Shown: piece after piece, positions 1 through 21,400 of the stretch | Layout of the letters: the number at the start of each line of letters is the position of its first letter | How positions within the stretch are numbered: position 1 is the stretch's first letter | From: the human T2T-CHM13v2.0 reference genome, Homo sapiens | Assembly (NCBI RefSeq): GCF_009914755.1 | Contig: NC_060943.1 | Length of the DNA: 64,000 bases | Direction: 5' to 3' (one strand) | The notes under the pieces: generated by a model | What the model saw: the letters and a program-made list of their open reading frames with translations, nothing else | What the model was told of the DNA's origin: nothing | Database searches by the model: none | Program-made: the position numbers and the translations under genes

Positions 1-283
1 TCACATCCTCATAACAGGAGGTAGTTTAGTAGCTTGAAGCCAGGTGTCTGCTGAAGCTAGGCTTTCACTCTGCTACAAAAATGGTTGAATAGTGTTCTAT
101 CTTTTTGGCTATTTACATTTTAGAGCTGTGGCTCTGTACTCCCTGGCACTGGGCTACAGCACTCCTGCTCACTTTCTCCTGGTTGCTACTGTCTTCTCTT
201 GACTTCTACCATCTGCCACTGAGGCACAGCCCAGAGCACAGCTCACATTTTATGTGAATCCCATTTGCCACAGCAGCACTATA

Positions 284-3525
<3,242 letters not shown>

Positions 3526-4127
3526 CTTTTCAGAACCAAAAACAAAGCAATAAATCTGAAGTACTAGATAGTCTGGAGTGAGATTTATTTAGCTTTTTTT
3601 TTTTTTTGAGATGGAGTCTCGCTCTGTCACCGAGGCTGGAGTGCAGTGGCACGAACTCGGCTCACTGCAAAAGCTCTGCCTCCCAGCTTCATGCCATTCT
3701 CCTACCTCAGCCTCCCAAGTAGCTGGGATTACAGGCAACTGCCACCACGCCCAGCTAATTTTTTTGTATTTTTAGTAGAGACGGGGTTTCACCGTGTTAG
3801 CCAGGATGGTCTTGATCTCCTGACCTCGTGATCTGCCTGCCTCGGCCTCCCAAAGTGCTGGGATTACAGGCATGCAAAACCACGCCCTGCCCTTATTTAG
3901 CTCTTAATATGATTTACATATATTTCAAAAAAGCAGAGAAAAATATCTACATATAATCTAAATCCCTTAAGAAAAGAGAGAATAGCAAAAAAATTTTTGG
4001 AACTTTTTAAAGAGTTTTGAACTCTTGGACATCTGAATTTTGCACACTATATGCACTTGAAAGAATGTTAATGGGGAAAAAGCAGAAGAGAAAAAGACGT
4101 TATAAAAAAATCCATGAGTGCACAACA

Positions 4128-6475
<2,348 letters not shown>

Positions 6476-7227
6476 CTCCCCGAGTGGGAGAGAGTGCAAT
6501 GTAGGTGAAAGAACTTATTTTTGCTACAGATAATGGCCCAGGTAGGGCTGTACTCTGATTTACTTCTGTGTGAATACAGGCAGATGAGATTATGAACAAG
6601 TGGTCCAGACCCTAGGATGGTGGAGAAAACAGGTTGCTGCTGCAGATTCAGTGTCTGGGGGTGGGGTTATGCCAGGAGACTTGTAGATACTGTGGGTCCT
6701 TTTCAAGAAACACTGGGTTCAAAAATGCCGTGGTGAAGTTCCTGAGGGTGGTGCCGAGTCCTAGGAGGAGTGTGGACATGTCAATGTCTAGTGTGTGTGT
6801 TTGTGAGTGGGTGGGAATACTATGGTGGCACCTGTGGGAAAAGGGCGTCTGTCATGGGAGTTTCTCTCCGCTAAGTTTTCAGTCCACAGTTGCCCTCGGA
6901 GAAGACCTGGAATCACAGGACAATGGGCAGTGTGACAGCCTGTGTACAGGAGAGCAGAGCCTCCCATTCCCAGACACCCAGAGTTTTATTCCAGGCCAGG
7001 CCTCCATGATATCTTTTTTTCTGGCACCAAATCTGTAGCATTTGCTGAACATCAAACAATTCTCCAACACCAACTTACGGTCTAACATTTGAATTCTGAC
7101 ACCACCCACAGTCAGTACAGACCCTGATTCAGGGCTCGGTCCCACAACATTGTCCTCAATGCAGATGCCAGTCATAAACCCCATGGGCCCATGTATGTGT
7201 CTGAGCTACTGTTTAAAAACGGGAGAC

Positions 7228-7638
<411 letters not shown>

Positions 7639-7880
7639 TTAATATATAAGATGAAGGCCAGGAAAAGTCAAATGGAAAAAATGCACAGAACAAATAAAAG
7701 AGATGGAAAAAGATGAAACACATAATCCTAAAAAATATTTGTGATTAATAAAATCATCCTAGGTCGGGCGCGGTGGCTCACGCTTGTAATCCCAGCACTT
7801 TGGGGGGCCGAGGCGGGCGGATCACAAGGTCAGGAGATTGAGACCATCCTGGCTAACACGGTGAAACCCTGTCTCTACTA

Positions 7881-8111
<231 letters not shown>

Positions 8112-8182
8112 TTATGGAAGGAAACACCCTTCCCATTATGACTTAAGTGGTGCTCTCTTTTCTTTCCTAAAACACAGGCTGA

Positions 8183-8413
<231 letters not shown>

Positions 8414-11400
8414 TAGCCAGGATGGTCTCGATCTCCTGACCTCGTGATCCGCCCGCCTCGGCCTCCCAAAGTGCGGGGATTACAGGCGTGAGCCACCGCG
8501 CCGAGCCTGGAATTCATTTTTTTTTTTAAACATAAATCTAATGTTTTTATTTTACAAAGTTTAGAAATTGCCTCAAAACAATAAAAACTTCATCATCAGT
8601 AAGACCTCCCCAGTTTCCTTTCATCTTAACCTTAACTGCATCTGCCTGTGGGATCCCAGCTTTCCAGGGCTCTGTAGCTTCTCTCAGGATAAAGGCTTCT
8701 TCTATGGCTGGGGTGAGCAGGCTGAGACAGCTGCATGGGTGGCTCCTCAGAAAGAACTAACTGGGCCTTTAATAACTTCCTCTTGCATGCTTAATATTAG
8801 CCCTAGCTTGGAGTTACTAGGTTCAAGCTTTAATTTCCATGTCAGAGTTATTCACTTGGTTTTCAAAACTAAGTGTTTGAAAAATCCAGTGAAATTACTC
8901 ACAGCGTTTACATAAGAAAAGGAAATTTTAAGGTGCTTACTTTTTTTTTTTTTTTTTTGAGATGGAATCTCGCTCTGTCACCCACACTGGAATGCAATGG
9001 CTGGATCTCAGCTCACTGCAACCTCCACCTCCTGGGTAAAAGCTATTCTTCTGCCTCACCCTCCCAAGTAGGTGGGACTACAGGCATGCTCCACCACACC
9101 CAGCTAATTTTTGTATTTTTAGTAGAGACAGGGTTTCACCATGTTGGGCAGGCGGGTCTCAAACTCCTGACCTCAAGGAATCAACCCGCATTGGCCTCCC
9201 AATGTGCTGGAATTACAGGCGTGAGCTACTGCACCTGGCTAAGGTGCTTGCATTTTATGCCTCCATAAGAAAAACAAATATATCTACTTCTTTCAGACAA
9301 TATATGTATTATTTTATTATTTATATTAAAAAATAATGTAGTAAAAAATTAGTCATATGGGAATGCTTCTAAAAGTTACCACGTTTCATCACATGCAATT
9401 TAGCACTAAACTCAGAAATCAAGACAACAGGATATAGAATGGAGATATTCACTGTCACAAATTTACCCTGCAAAAAGAGGAACTGATGTTTTGATGAATC
9501 TGTGTAACTCATTCACCACATTTTCCTATGAAAATATATTCATTGTCTAGAGCCAAAATGGAAGAGAGATTTTCCCTATTTTTTCCCTTGGTAGCTAGCA
9601 TTATAAAGCTAAGGCTTAGAATTCTGTCTGAAATCACTAAGACATAAAAACCACACCCAAGAAAATTCCTAAACTCACTCTTGGAAAGAAAAATGTAAAT
9701 GAGTTATTAACAAATGGAATATATGATTAAATATTAATTTTTTGAAACTCATCTTTTATTTTCTTTGTAAATATTTTCTTACCTTTCAAGCCCTACTAAT
9801 AAAATGCAAATTACAGATAAAAAACTGATTCAGGTGGGTGCTGTGGCTCACTTTAATGCCAGCACTTTGGGAGGCCAAGGCAGGCAGATCAATTAAGATT
9901 AAAAGTTTGAGTGGGGCACGGTGGCTCATGCCTGTAATCCTAGCACTTTGGGAGGCCTAGGTGGGCGGATCACCTGAGGTTGGGAGTTCGAGGCCAGCCT
10001 GACCAACATGGAGAAACCCCATATCTACTGAAAATATAAAAATTAGCTGGGCATGGTGGCACATGCCCAAGGCTGAGGCAGGAGAATCTGGGAGGCTGAA
10101 CCTGGGAGGCAGAGGTTGTGGTGAGCCAAGATCACGTCATCGCACTCCAGCCTGGGCAACAAGAGCAAAAATCCATCTCAAAAAAAAAAAAAAAATGACT
10201 AAAAGTTTGGGACCAGCCTGGTCCATCTCTACTAAAAATACAAAAACTAGCCAAATACAGTGGTGCACACGTGTAGTCCTAGCTACTCCGGAGGCTGAGG
10301 CATGAGAATCACTTGAACCCAGAAGGTAGAGGTTGCAGTGTGCCAAGATCAAGTCACTGCATTCCAACCTGTGCAACAGAGTCAGACTGTCTTAAAAAAA
10401 AAAAAAAAAAGGCAGAATCAACAACAACAACAAAAACACCTGAGGTCAAAATAAGTGAACAAATCTTTCAAGGTAGATATCCAATCACTCACCCCATCCT
10501 GTTCACATGCTCAATAACCACCCTCCCAGGAGACACAGCGCAGACACAGCGTGACTGCCCCAGCTGCATTTTACTATGTAAGTTTTTACCCCATCTCACT
10601 GGGGTCATTTTCTTTTGTCTTTTGAAGGTTTTTTTCACAAACTTTTTACTATTTTTCTTTCACTCCCCCCAAGAGCATCCAGGGGGCAGAAATTATTTGT
10701 TTTCCCCTCAATACCAGCATCTGATTGGCTCACCAACAATGTGTCTCCAAGAAATGGAAGTTAGGTTGGGTCAAGACAATCTTCATGTCTCAAGGGGCTA
10801 GCTTTTCAAAAAAAAAAAAAAAAGTATATCAGGAGATGCCTTTCAGCCCCAAGGCTGCCACCTGCTCCCTTGAGAGGCTACACTCTATACTTCAGGTGGT
10901 CCTAAGGGAGAAAGTGACCCAAGAGCTAATATCCATTAGACATTTTAGCAGACATAGCCATAGTGGGTATCTTGGTTTATCTCCAGAAAGTACTAAAACC
11001 CAGGCCCAGAATAAAACTGAAGGTTAGCAGAGGTCACATCACCCTATAATGTTTCCAGAGGGTAATGTTAACCTAAAAACATTCTGGTAAGTTCTCTGGA
11101 AAAATAAAAGAAAAAAAGGTACAGATATTTTTTACAATACAGTGTCAGGGGATTATTCTTTGCTTTCTTCTCATGGGAAATATTTAAAAATAGAAAACAA
11201 ATCTTTTCAATAGTGCTATGCAATGCTTTAAACAATGATTGAGGAACGTGGGGTACAGGAGGCCCTGCTGGGGACACATGTGAAAAATGCCAGAGAAAAT
11301 CAGCCCCTTGTGGGTTGTGAAAATAATTAAGCGGCAGGCAATTAGACTGAGAAGGCTCTAGTCCTCAGATTCCTACTTGTAAAAAAATGTAAACTCAAGT

Positions 11401-11678
11401 TGATTTGTTAATAAATTACTACATTTGGGGAAACAAATTTCAGGCTTAAACAACTATAAACTGCCAAATAAGCTCTGATTACATAACCAGGAAATTTCCA
11501 CCTTGATTATACAAATTAAGAAGCTACGTAAGTACACCTAACCAATTGTTGAATTTGGTTTTCTTCATCACTGATTTTACAAATGTCTTTCCTTCAAGCC
11601 CCTCCCATGGACCACAGACTACAAACTATAACTGGGTGCTCTACAATTCTTGAATCACTCTTTGATTAAATTACTTGA

Positions 11679-14276
<2,598 letters not shown>

Positions 14277-15306
14277 GACTCCCATAATTTACTTTTTCTA
14301 GACAGAGTCTTTCTCTGTCGCCCAGGCTGGAGGGAAGTGGCATGACCTCAGCTCACTGAAACCTACTCCTTCCGGGTTCAAGCGATTCTCACCTCTGCCT
14401 TTGGAGTAGCTGGGACTACAGACATTCACCATCACACCCAGCCAATTTATGTATTTTTAGTAGAGATGGGGTTTCCCCATTTTGGCCAGGCTTATCTTGA
14501 ACTCCTGACCTCAAGTGATCCACCCGCCTCGGCCTCCCAAAGTGCTGGGATTACAGACGTGAGCCACCGCGCCAGGCCCCATAAATTTTTTCTTTTCCTT
14601 CTTTCTTTTTTTTTTGAGACAGAGTCTCGCTCTGTTGCCAGGCTGGAATGCAGTAGCACGATCTTGTCTTACTGCAACTTCCGCCTCCCAGGTTCAAGCG
14701 AATTCTCCTGCCTCAGCCTCCTAGGTAGCTGGGACTACAGGCCCCCGCCGCTATGTTTGGCTAATTTTTGTGTTTTAGTAGAGACAGGGTTTCACCATGT
14801 TGGCCAGGATGGTCTCGATCTCTTGACTTTGTGATCCACCCGCCTCGGCCTCCCAAAGTGCTAGGATTACAGGCATGAGCCACCACACCTGGCCACCCGT
14901 CCCCATAAATTTTTAATAAGAGAAAACAGAAACTGTGAACCCCACAGACCAAAGCTCTTCCCATTCATGAACCCACACCCCGAGTCAGGGTTCCCCCCCA
15001 AAGATCCTCCTGGGGTCCCCGCACAATCTAGGAGAGACGTGGCACTGTGGGTGCAGGGCTGCCCTGAGAAGGTTTCAGGCCAGGGCACAGTCACCGCGCA
15101 GGGAAGAGACAGGACACCCCTGGACCGCCTGTCAGCGCAGCTGCCATCTTAGGGCTGAAGGGGACTGAGGCCGAGCTGGGCAAGGAGAACTTGTGGCACA
15201 GATTGTGGAGCTGACTGAGGAGAGGCCTGAGTCCTGCCACTGCCACTTGTCACCGGTTCCAACCATCCCCTCCCGCTCACTCAGGATGTCGGACCGGCAC
15301 TCTCAC

Positions 15307-15480
15307 TGTTTCTAGGCTTCCAGGAGGTCCTGGTGTCTTAGCTGTGGATCTCCCAATACCTGCAGGTCACAGGGCTATAGAGGTTGCGCCTCTAGGAGCA
15401 GAGGACACAGACTAGTGAAGAGGAGACCCAGAGCTCAGGCTGCAGCCAGAGACAAAGGCTGCAGCCAAACACTGAAGACG
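15307..15480 (-). pseudogene. First exon of a divergent paralogous ZNF91-family KRAB-ZNF unit, non-coding (both ATG positions read ACA)
   Basis: The minus strand reads ggtattgggagatccacagctaagACAccaggacctcctggaagcctagaaACA|gtgaga, against ZNF486 ggtattgggagatccacagccaagATGccgggacccccttagaagcctagaaATG|gtgaga. The donor is at 15306-15301. Intron-1 homology continues to position 1, so any downstream exons lie outside the window. Confidence 0.8.
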
Positions 15481-15534
15481 TCCTGTTCACTCCAGCTGCG
15501 TGCCTGATTGGGCAGTTTTCAGGCCAGCGTTTCT

Positions 15535-16192
15535 TTTTTCTTTTTTTTTTTTATTGATCATTCTTGGGTGTTTCTCGCAAAGGGGGATTTGGCAGGGTCA
15601 TAGGACAATAGTGGAGGGAAGGTCAGCAGATAAACAAGTGAACAAAGGTCTCTGGTTTTCCTAGGCAGAGGACCCTGCGGCCTTCCGCAGTGTTTGTGTC
15701 CCTGGGTACTTGAGATTAGGGAGTGGTGATGACTCTTAACGAGCATGCTGCCTTCAAGCATCTGTTTAACAAAGCACATCTTGCACCGCCCTTAATCCAT
15801 TTAACCCTGAGTGGACACAGCACATGTTTCAGAGAGCACAGGGTTGGGGGTAAGGTCATAGGTCAACAGGATCCCAAGGCAGAAGAATTTTTCTTAGTAC
15901 AGAACAAAATGAAGTCTCCCATGTCTACCTCTTTCTACACAGACACAGCAACCATCCGATTTCTCAATCTTTTCCCCACCTTTCCCCCTTTTCTATTCCA
16001 CAAAACTGCCATTGTCATCATGGCCCGTTCTCAATGAGCTGTTGGGTACACCTCCCAGACGGGGTGGTGGCCGGGCAGAGGGGCTCCTCACTTCCCAGTA
16101 GGGGCGGCCGGGCAGAGGCACCCCCCACCTCCCGGACGGGGCGGCTGGCTGGGCGGGGGGCTGACCCCCCCACCTCCCTCCCGGACGGGGCG
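15535..16192 (-). mobile_element. 5'-truncated SVA (short VNTR, SINE-R, polyA)
   Basis: Poly(T) at 15535-15552, SINE-R and a few VNTR units. TSD TCAG(G/C)CCAGCGTTTCT at 15519-15534 and 16193-16208. Confidence 0.95.
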
Positions 16193-18434
16193 TCAGCCCA
16201 GCGTTTCTGATTGGATAATGCTTAAGGCCCCCGCCCCCTCAGGCCCTGAGTAACAGAAAATGTGATCAGGACTGAGTGAAGAAAAAGTCACAGCCTAAGC
16301 TGCAGCGTTTTTCAGGCAGGGCTTCCTCCCTGAGCTGAGCCAGGCCCAACCCAGATCATGGGAAAATTCTATCTTTTTTTTTACTCTCTCTCTTTTTGAA
16401 TATATTCAAAAGGTGAACAGAAGTATTTTGCTGTCATATTAATAATACATAAAATTTTTTTCAAGAGAAAATCAGCTTTTACTTTGGTAATAGTGTATTA
16501 TCAATACTAAAGCTAATTTTAATAAACCTTATAAATAAATCAAATTTGTCATTTTTGACCACTCCGGTTTTACATGTATATTTTGTAATCTCTTGTAATT
16601 TTTAAAAACTGTTTACATTTTATTTTTATCCAAATTCTTTTTATTTTTTCAATTTGAAACCACCTTTAAGTAATTTCAAATTGTTATAGGAGATAGAAAG
16701 AAGTCATTTAGGGCCAGGTTCACTGGCAAGTGCCTGTAATCGCAACACTTTGGGAGGCCAAGGTGGGTGGATCACTTGAGGTCAGGAGTTCAAGACCAGC
16801 CTGGCCAACATGGTGAAACCCCATTTCTACTAAAAGTACAAATAACTAGCTGGGTGTGGTGCTGCACACCTGTAGACCCAGCTAGTCCGGAGGCTGAGGC
16901 AGGAGAATTGCTTAAACCCAGAAGGCGGAGGTTGTGTAACTGCCCAAGGGGTTCACCTTGCCCTATGTCTAGACAGAGCTGATTCATCAAGACTGGGTAA
17001 TTTGTGGAGGAAAAGTTAAATACTAAATTTGAACTTAATTGAACGTGGACAAACTCAGTAGTCACCAAGTTCTCAAACAGGTTGTGTGAGGCCCTTGAGG
17101 CATTCATTCAGCGCTGTTTCAGAGAAATCTCTATTTCAATCTATTTCTATATATTAGTTGTTGAAAAACAATAGACAATCGCAAAAACAAGTTGACAGTT
17201 TTGTGTTCCTTGACCCCAGTTGCAAATGGCCCTCATGACTGGGCCTTATGCCAAACAACTCGTTACAAAAGAGCTAGGGTATCAGATTGTGCTGAAGCTT
17301 CATTAGACCCTCCTCATCTGTGCAGGAATGAGTAGCTGACTCTGGAGCCCAAGCTGTTGCTTCCCAGTCTGGTGGTGAATCCTCCATAGTCTGGTGAGTG
17401 TAAATATATATATCTCTTTTCCTTTCTCCTCTTCCCATTGCAATTTGCTTATTATATCAACATGCTTATTATATCAATCTGGTTATTACATTGATTTGCT
17501 TATTATATAATTTGCTAATTATATCTGCATTTCCATTTACGTGGCACAAAGCTTATTTACCCTTAAAGGTATTGTGTGTGTGTCTTTTCTTCTCCCCTTG
17601 AATGTTTCCCACACAGAATATTTTTGGCGTCACGAACAGGATTCAAAAACCAAACTGTGCCACTTTTTGGCCACAAGGACAGGGCTGGAAACTCGAGGAA
17701 ATCCCAAATCCAGGGATGGGAACTCCCCAATATCACTGTCAATTCCTACAGGATTGAACGAAGGGGACGAATGCAGAAATGAAGACAAAGACAAAAGATT
17801 TGTTTTAAAAGAAGGGGTCAGGCAGGGCGCAGTGGCTCAGGCCTGTAATCCCAGCACTTTGAGAGGCCGAGGTGGGTGGATCGCGAGGTCAGGAGAGCGA
17901 AACCATCTTGGCTAACACGGTGAAACCCCGTCTCTACTAAAAATACAAAAAAATTTAGCCAGGTGTGGTGGCAGACACCTGTAGTCCCAGCTACCTGGGG
18001 GGGTGGGGGGGTGGGGCTGAGGCAGGAGAATGGCATGAACCCAGGAGGCAGAGCTTGCAGTAAGCCAAGATCGTGCCACTGCACTCCAGCCTGGGTGACA
18101 GAGCGAGATTCGGTCTCAGAAAAAAAAAAAAAAAGAAGGTATCAGGGGCTCCTTGCTTCTAGTGAGCAGAAGGCAGCCCTGTTTCTACAGGCCTTAGTAT
18201 TTATTAGGTAGAATCAATAGGGAGGGAGAGGTAATGGTTGGTCAGCTGCTTGATTTATCACAGGTACATATAATTGCTTTCTTTGTACAACAGGCTTCAG
18301 ATATTCCTATAGATAACCACAAGGAACACTGCGCCTGGGGCATAACTGCCCTCAGCACCCGTTCTGGCAGCAGATGCAGTTTGTCAGTTTTCCAACATCC
18401 TGCTTTCATGAGAAGAGTTTTCCCATATAGCCTC

Positions 18435-21400
18435 TGTCAGGCCTCTGAGCCCAAGCCAAATGAAATTTGGTGCCATGACTCGGCTCGGGGGACCTCCCTT
18501 GGGAGATCAATCCCCTGTCCTCCTGTTCTTTGCTCCGTGAGAATGACCCACCTGTGACCTCAGGTCCTCAGACCGACCAGCCCAAGAAACATCTCACCAA
18601 TTTCAAATCCGGTAAGCGGCCTCTTTTTACTCTCTTCTCCAACCTCCCTCACTATCCCTCAACCTCTTTCTCCTTTCAATCTTGGCGCCACACTTCAATC
18701 TCTCCCTTCTCTTAATTTCAATTCCTTTCATTTTCTGGTAGAGACAAAGGAGACACGTTTTATCCATGGACCCAACTCCGGCACCGGTCATGGACTGGGA
18801 AGGCAGCCTTCCCTTGGTGTTTAATCATTGCAGGGACACCTCTCTGATTATACACTCACGTTTCAAGGGTGTCAGACCACACAGGGACACCTGCCTTGGT
18901 CCTTCACCCTTAGCGGCAAGTCCCGATTTTCTGAGGAAGGGACAAGTACCCCTCAACCCCTTCTCTCCTTGTCTCTACCCCTTCTCTGCTTTTCTGGGGC
19001 AGGGGCAAGAACCCCTCAACCCTTTCTCCTTCACCCTTAGCGGCAAGTCCCGCTTTCCTGGGGCAGGGGCAAGTACCCCTCAACCCCTTCTCCTTCACCC
19101 TTAGTGGCAAGTCCTGCTTTCCTAGGGGGCAAGAACCCCCCAATCGCTTATTTCCATACCCTAACCTCTTATCTCTGTGCCCCAATCCCTTATTTCTGCA
19201 CCCTGACCTCTTATCTCTGTGCCCCAATCCCTTATTTCTGTGCCCCAACACCTTCTCTGCTTTTCTGGAGGGCAAGAACCCTCCACCCCTTCTCCGTGTC
19301 TCTACTCTTTTCTCTGGGCTTGCCTCCTTCACTATGGGTAAGCTTCCACCTTCCATTCCTCCTTCTTCTCCCTTAGCCTGTGTTCTCAAAAACTTAAAAT
19401 CTCTTCAACTCACACCTGACCTAAAACCTAAATGCCTTTTCTTCTGCAATGCCACTTGACCCCAATACAAACTCGACAGTAGTTCCAAATAGCCAGAAAA
19501 TGGCACTTTGAATTTTTTCATCCTGCAAAATCTAAATAATTCTTGTCGTAAAATAGGCAAATGGTCTGAGGTGCCTGATGTCCAGGCATTCTTTTACACA
19601 TCAATCCCTTCCTAGTCTCTGTGCCCAGTGCAACTCGTCCCAAATCTTCCTTCTTTCTCTCCCACCTATCCCCTCAGTACCAACCCCAAGCATCACTGAT
19701 TCTTTCTAATCTTCCTTTTCTACAGACCCATCTGACCTCTCTCTTCCTCCCCAGGCTGCTCCTCACCAGGCCGAGCTAGGTCCCAATTCTTCCTCAGCCT
19801 CCGCTCCTCCACCCTATAATCTTTTTATCACCTCCCCTGTAGGGGTGGGTTGCCCCTCCACACCTGTGGGTGTTTCTCATAAGGTGGAACAAGAGACTTA
19901 GGAAAGAAAAAGACACAAAGTATAGAGAAAGAAATAAGGGGACCCGGGGAACCAGCGTTCAGCATATGGAGGATCCCCCCAGCCTCTGAGTTCCCTTAGT
20001 ATTTATTCATCATTCGTGGGTGTTTCTCCAAGAGGGGGATGTGTCAGGGTCACAAGACAATTGTGGGGAGAGGGTCAGCCGACAAACACGTGAACAAAGG
20101 TCTTTGCATCATAGACAAGGTAAAGGATTAAGTGCTGTGCTTTTAGATATGCATACACATAAACATCTCAATGCTTTACAAAGCAGTATTGCTGCCCGCA
20201 TGTCCCACCTCCAGCCCTAAGGTGGTTTTTCCCTATCTCAGTAGATGGAACATACAATCGGGTTTTATACCGAGACATTCCATTGCCCAGGGACGGGCAG
20301 GAGACAGATGCCTTCCTCTTGTCTCAACTGCAAGAGGCATGCCTTCCTCTTATACTAATCCTCCTCAGCACAGACCCTTTACGGGTGTCGGGGTGTCGGG
20401 CGGGGGGACAGTCAGGTCTTTCCCTTCCCATGAGGCCATATTTCAGACTATCACATGGGGAGAAACCTTGGACAATACCTGGCTTTCCTAGGCAGAGGTC
20501 CCTGCGGCCTTCCGCAGTGTTTGTGTCCCTGGGTACTTGAGATTAGGGAGTGGTGATGACTCTTAACGAGCATGCTGCCTTCAAGCATCTGTTTAACAAA
20601 GCACATCTTGCACTGCCCTTAATCCATTTAACCCTGAGTTTGACACAGCACATGTTTCAGAGAGCACGGGGTTGGGGGTAAGGTCACAGAATCTCAAGGC
20701 AGAAGAATTTTTCTTAGTACATAACAAAATGGAGTCTCCCATGTCTATTTCTTTCTACACAGACACAGTGACAATCTGATCTCTCTTGCTTTTCCCCACA
20801 TCCCCTCCTCACACCTGGTCCGGCTTACAGTTTCGTTCTGTCCCCCACCTGCCCAGCAATTTACTCTTAAAAAGGTGGCTGGAGCCAAAGGCATAGTCAA
20901 GGTTAATGCTCCTTTTTCTTTATCCCAAATCGGATAGCGTTTAGGCTCTTTTTCATCAAATATAAAAACCCAGCCCAGTTCATGACTTGTTTGGCAGCAA
21001 CCCTGAGACACTTTACAGCCCTAGACCCTAAAAAGTCAAAAGGCCGTCTTATTCTCAAAATATTTTATTACCCAATCTGCTCCCGACATTAAATAAAACT
21101 CCAAAAATTAAATTCCGGCCCTCAAACCCCACAACAGGATTTAATTAACCTCGCCTTGAAGGTGTACAATAATAGAAAAAAATTGCAATTCCTTGCCTCC
21201 ACTGTGAGACAAACCCCAGCCACATCTCCAGCACACAAGAACTTCCAAACACCTGAACCACAGTGGCCAGGCGTTCCTCCAGAACCTCCTCCCACAGGAG
21301 CTTGCTACACGTGCCAGAAATCTGGCCACTGGGCCAAGGAATGCCCGCTGCCCAGGATTCCTCCTAAGCTGCGTCCCATCTGTGTGGGACCCCACTGAAA

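Noticed and set aside
18468-18485. tRNA genes at tRNA-complementary motifs (also 17625-17642)
   Set aside because: They are 18-nt retroviral primer-binding sites with no cloverleaf.
20485-20760. A fifth SVA SINE-R
   Set aside because: The similarity reflects the HERV-K LTR origin of SINE-R. This copy has full LTR termini and the segment that SVAs lack, so it is LTR5.
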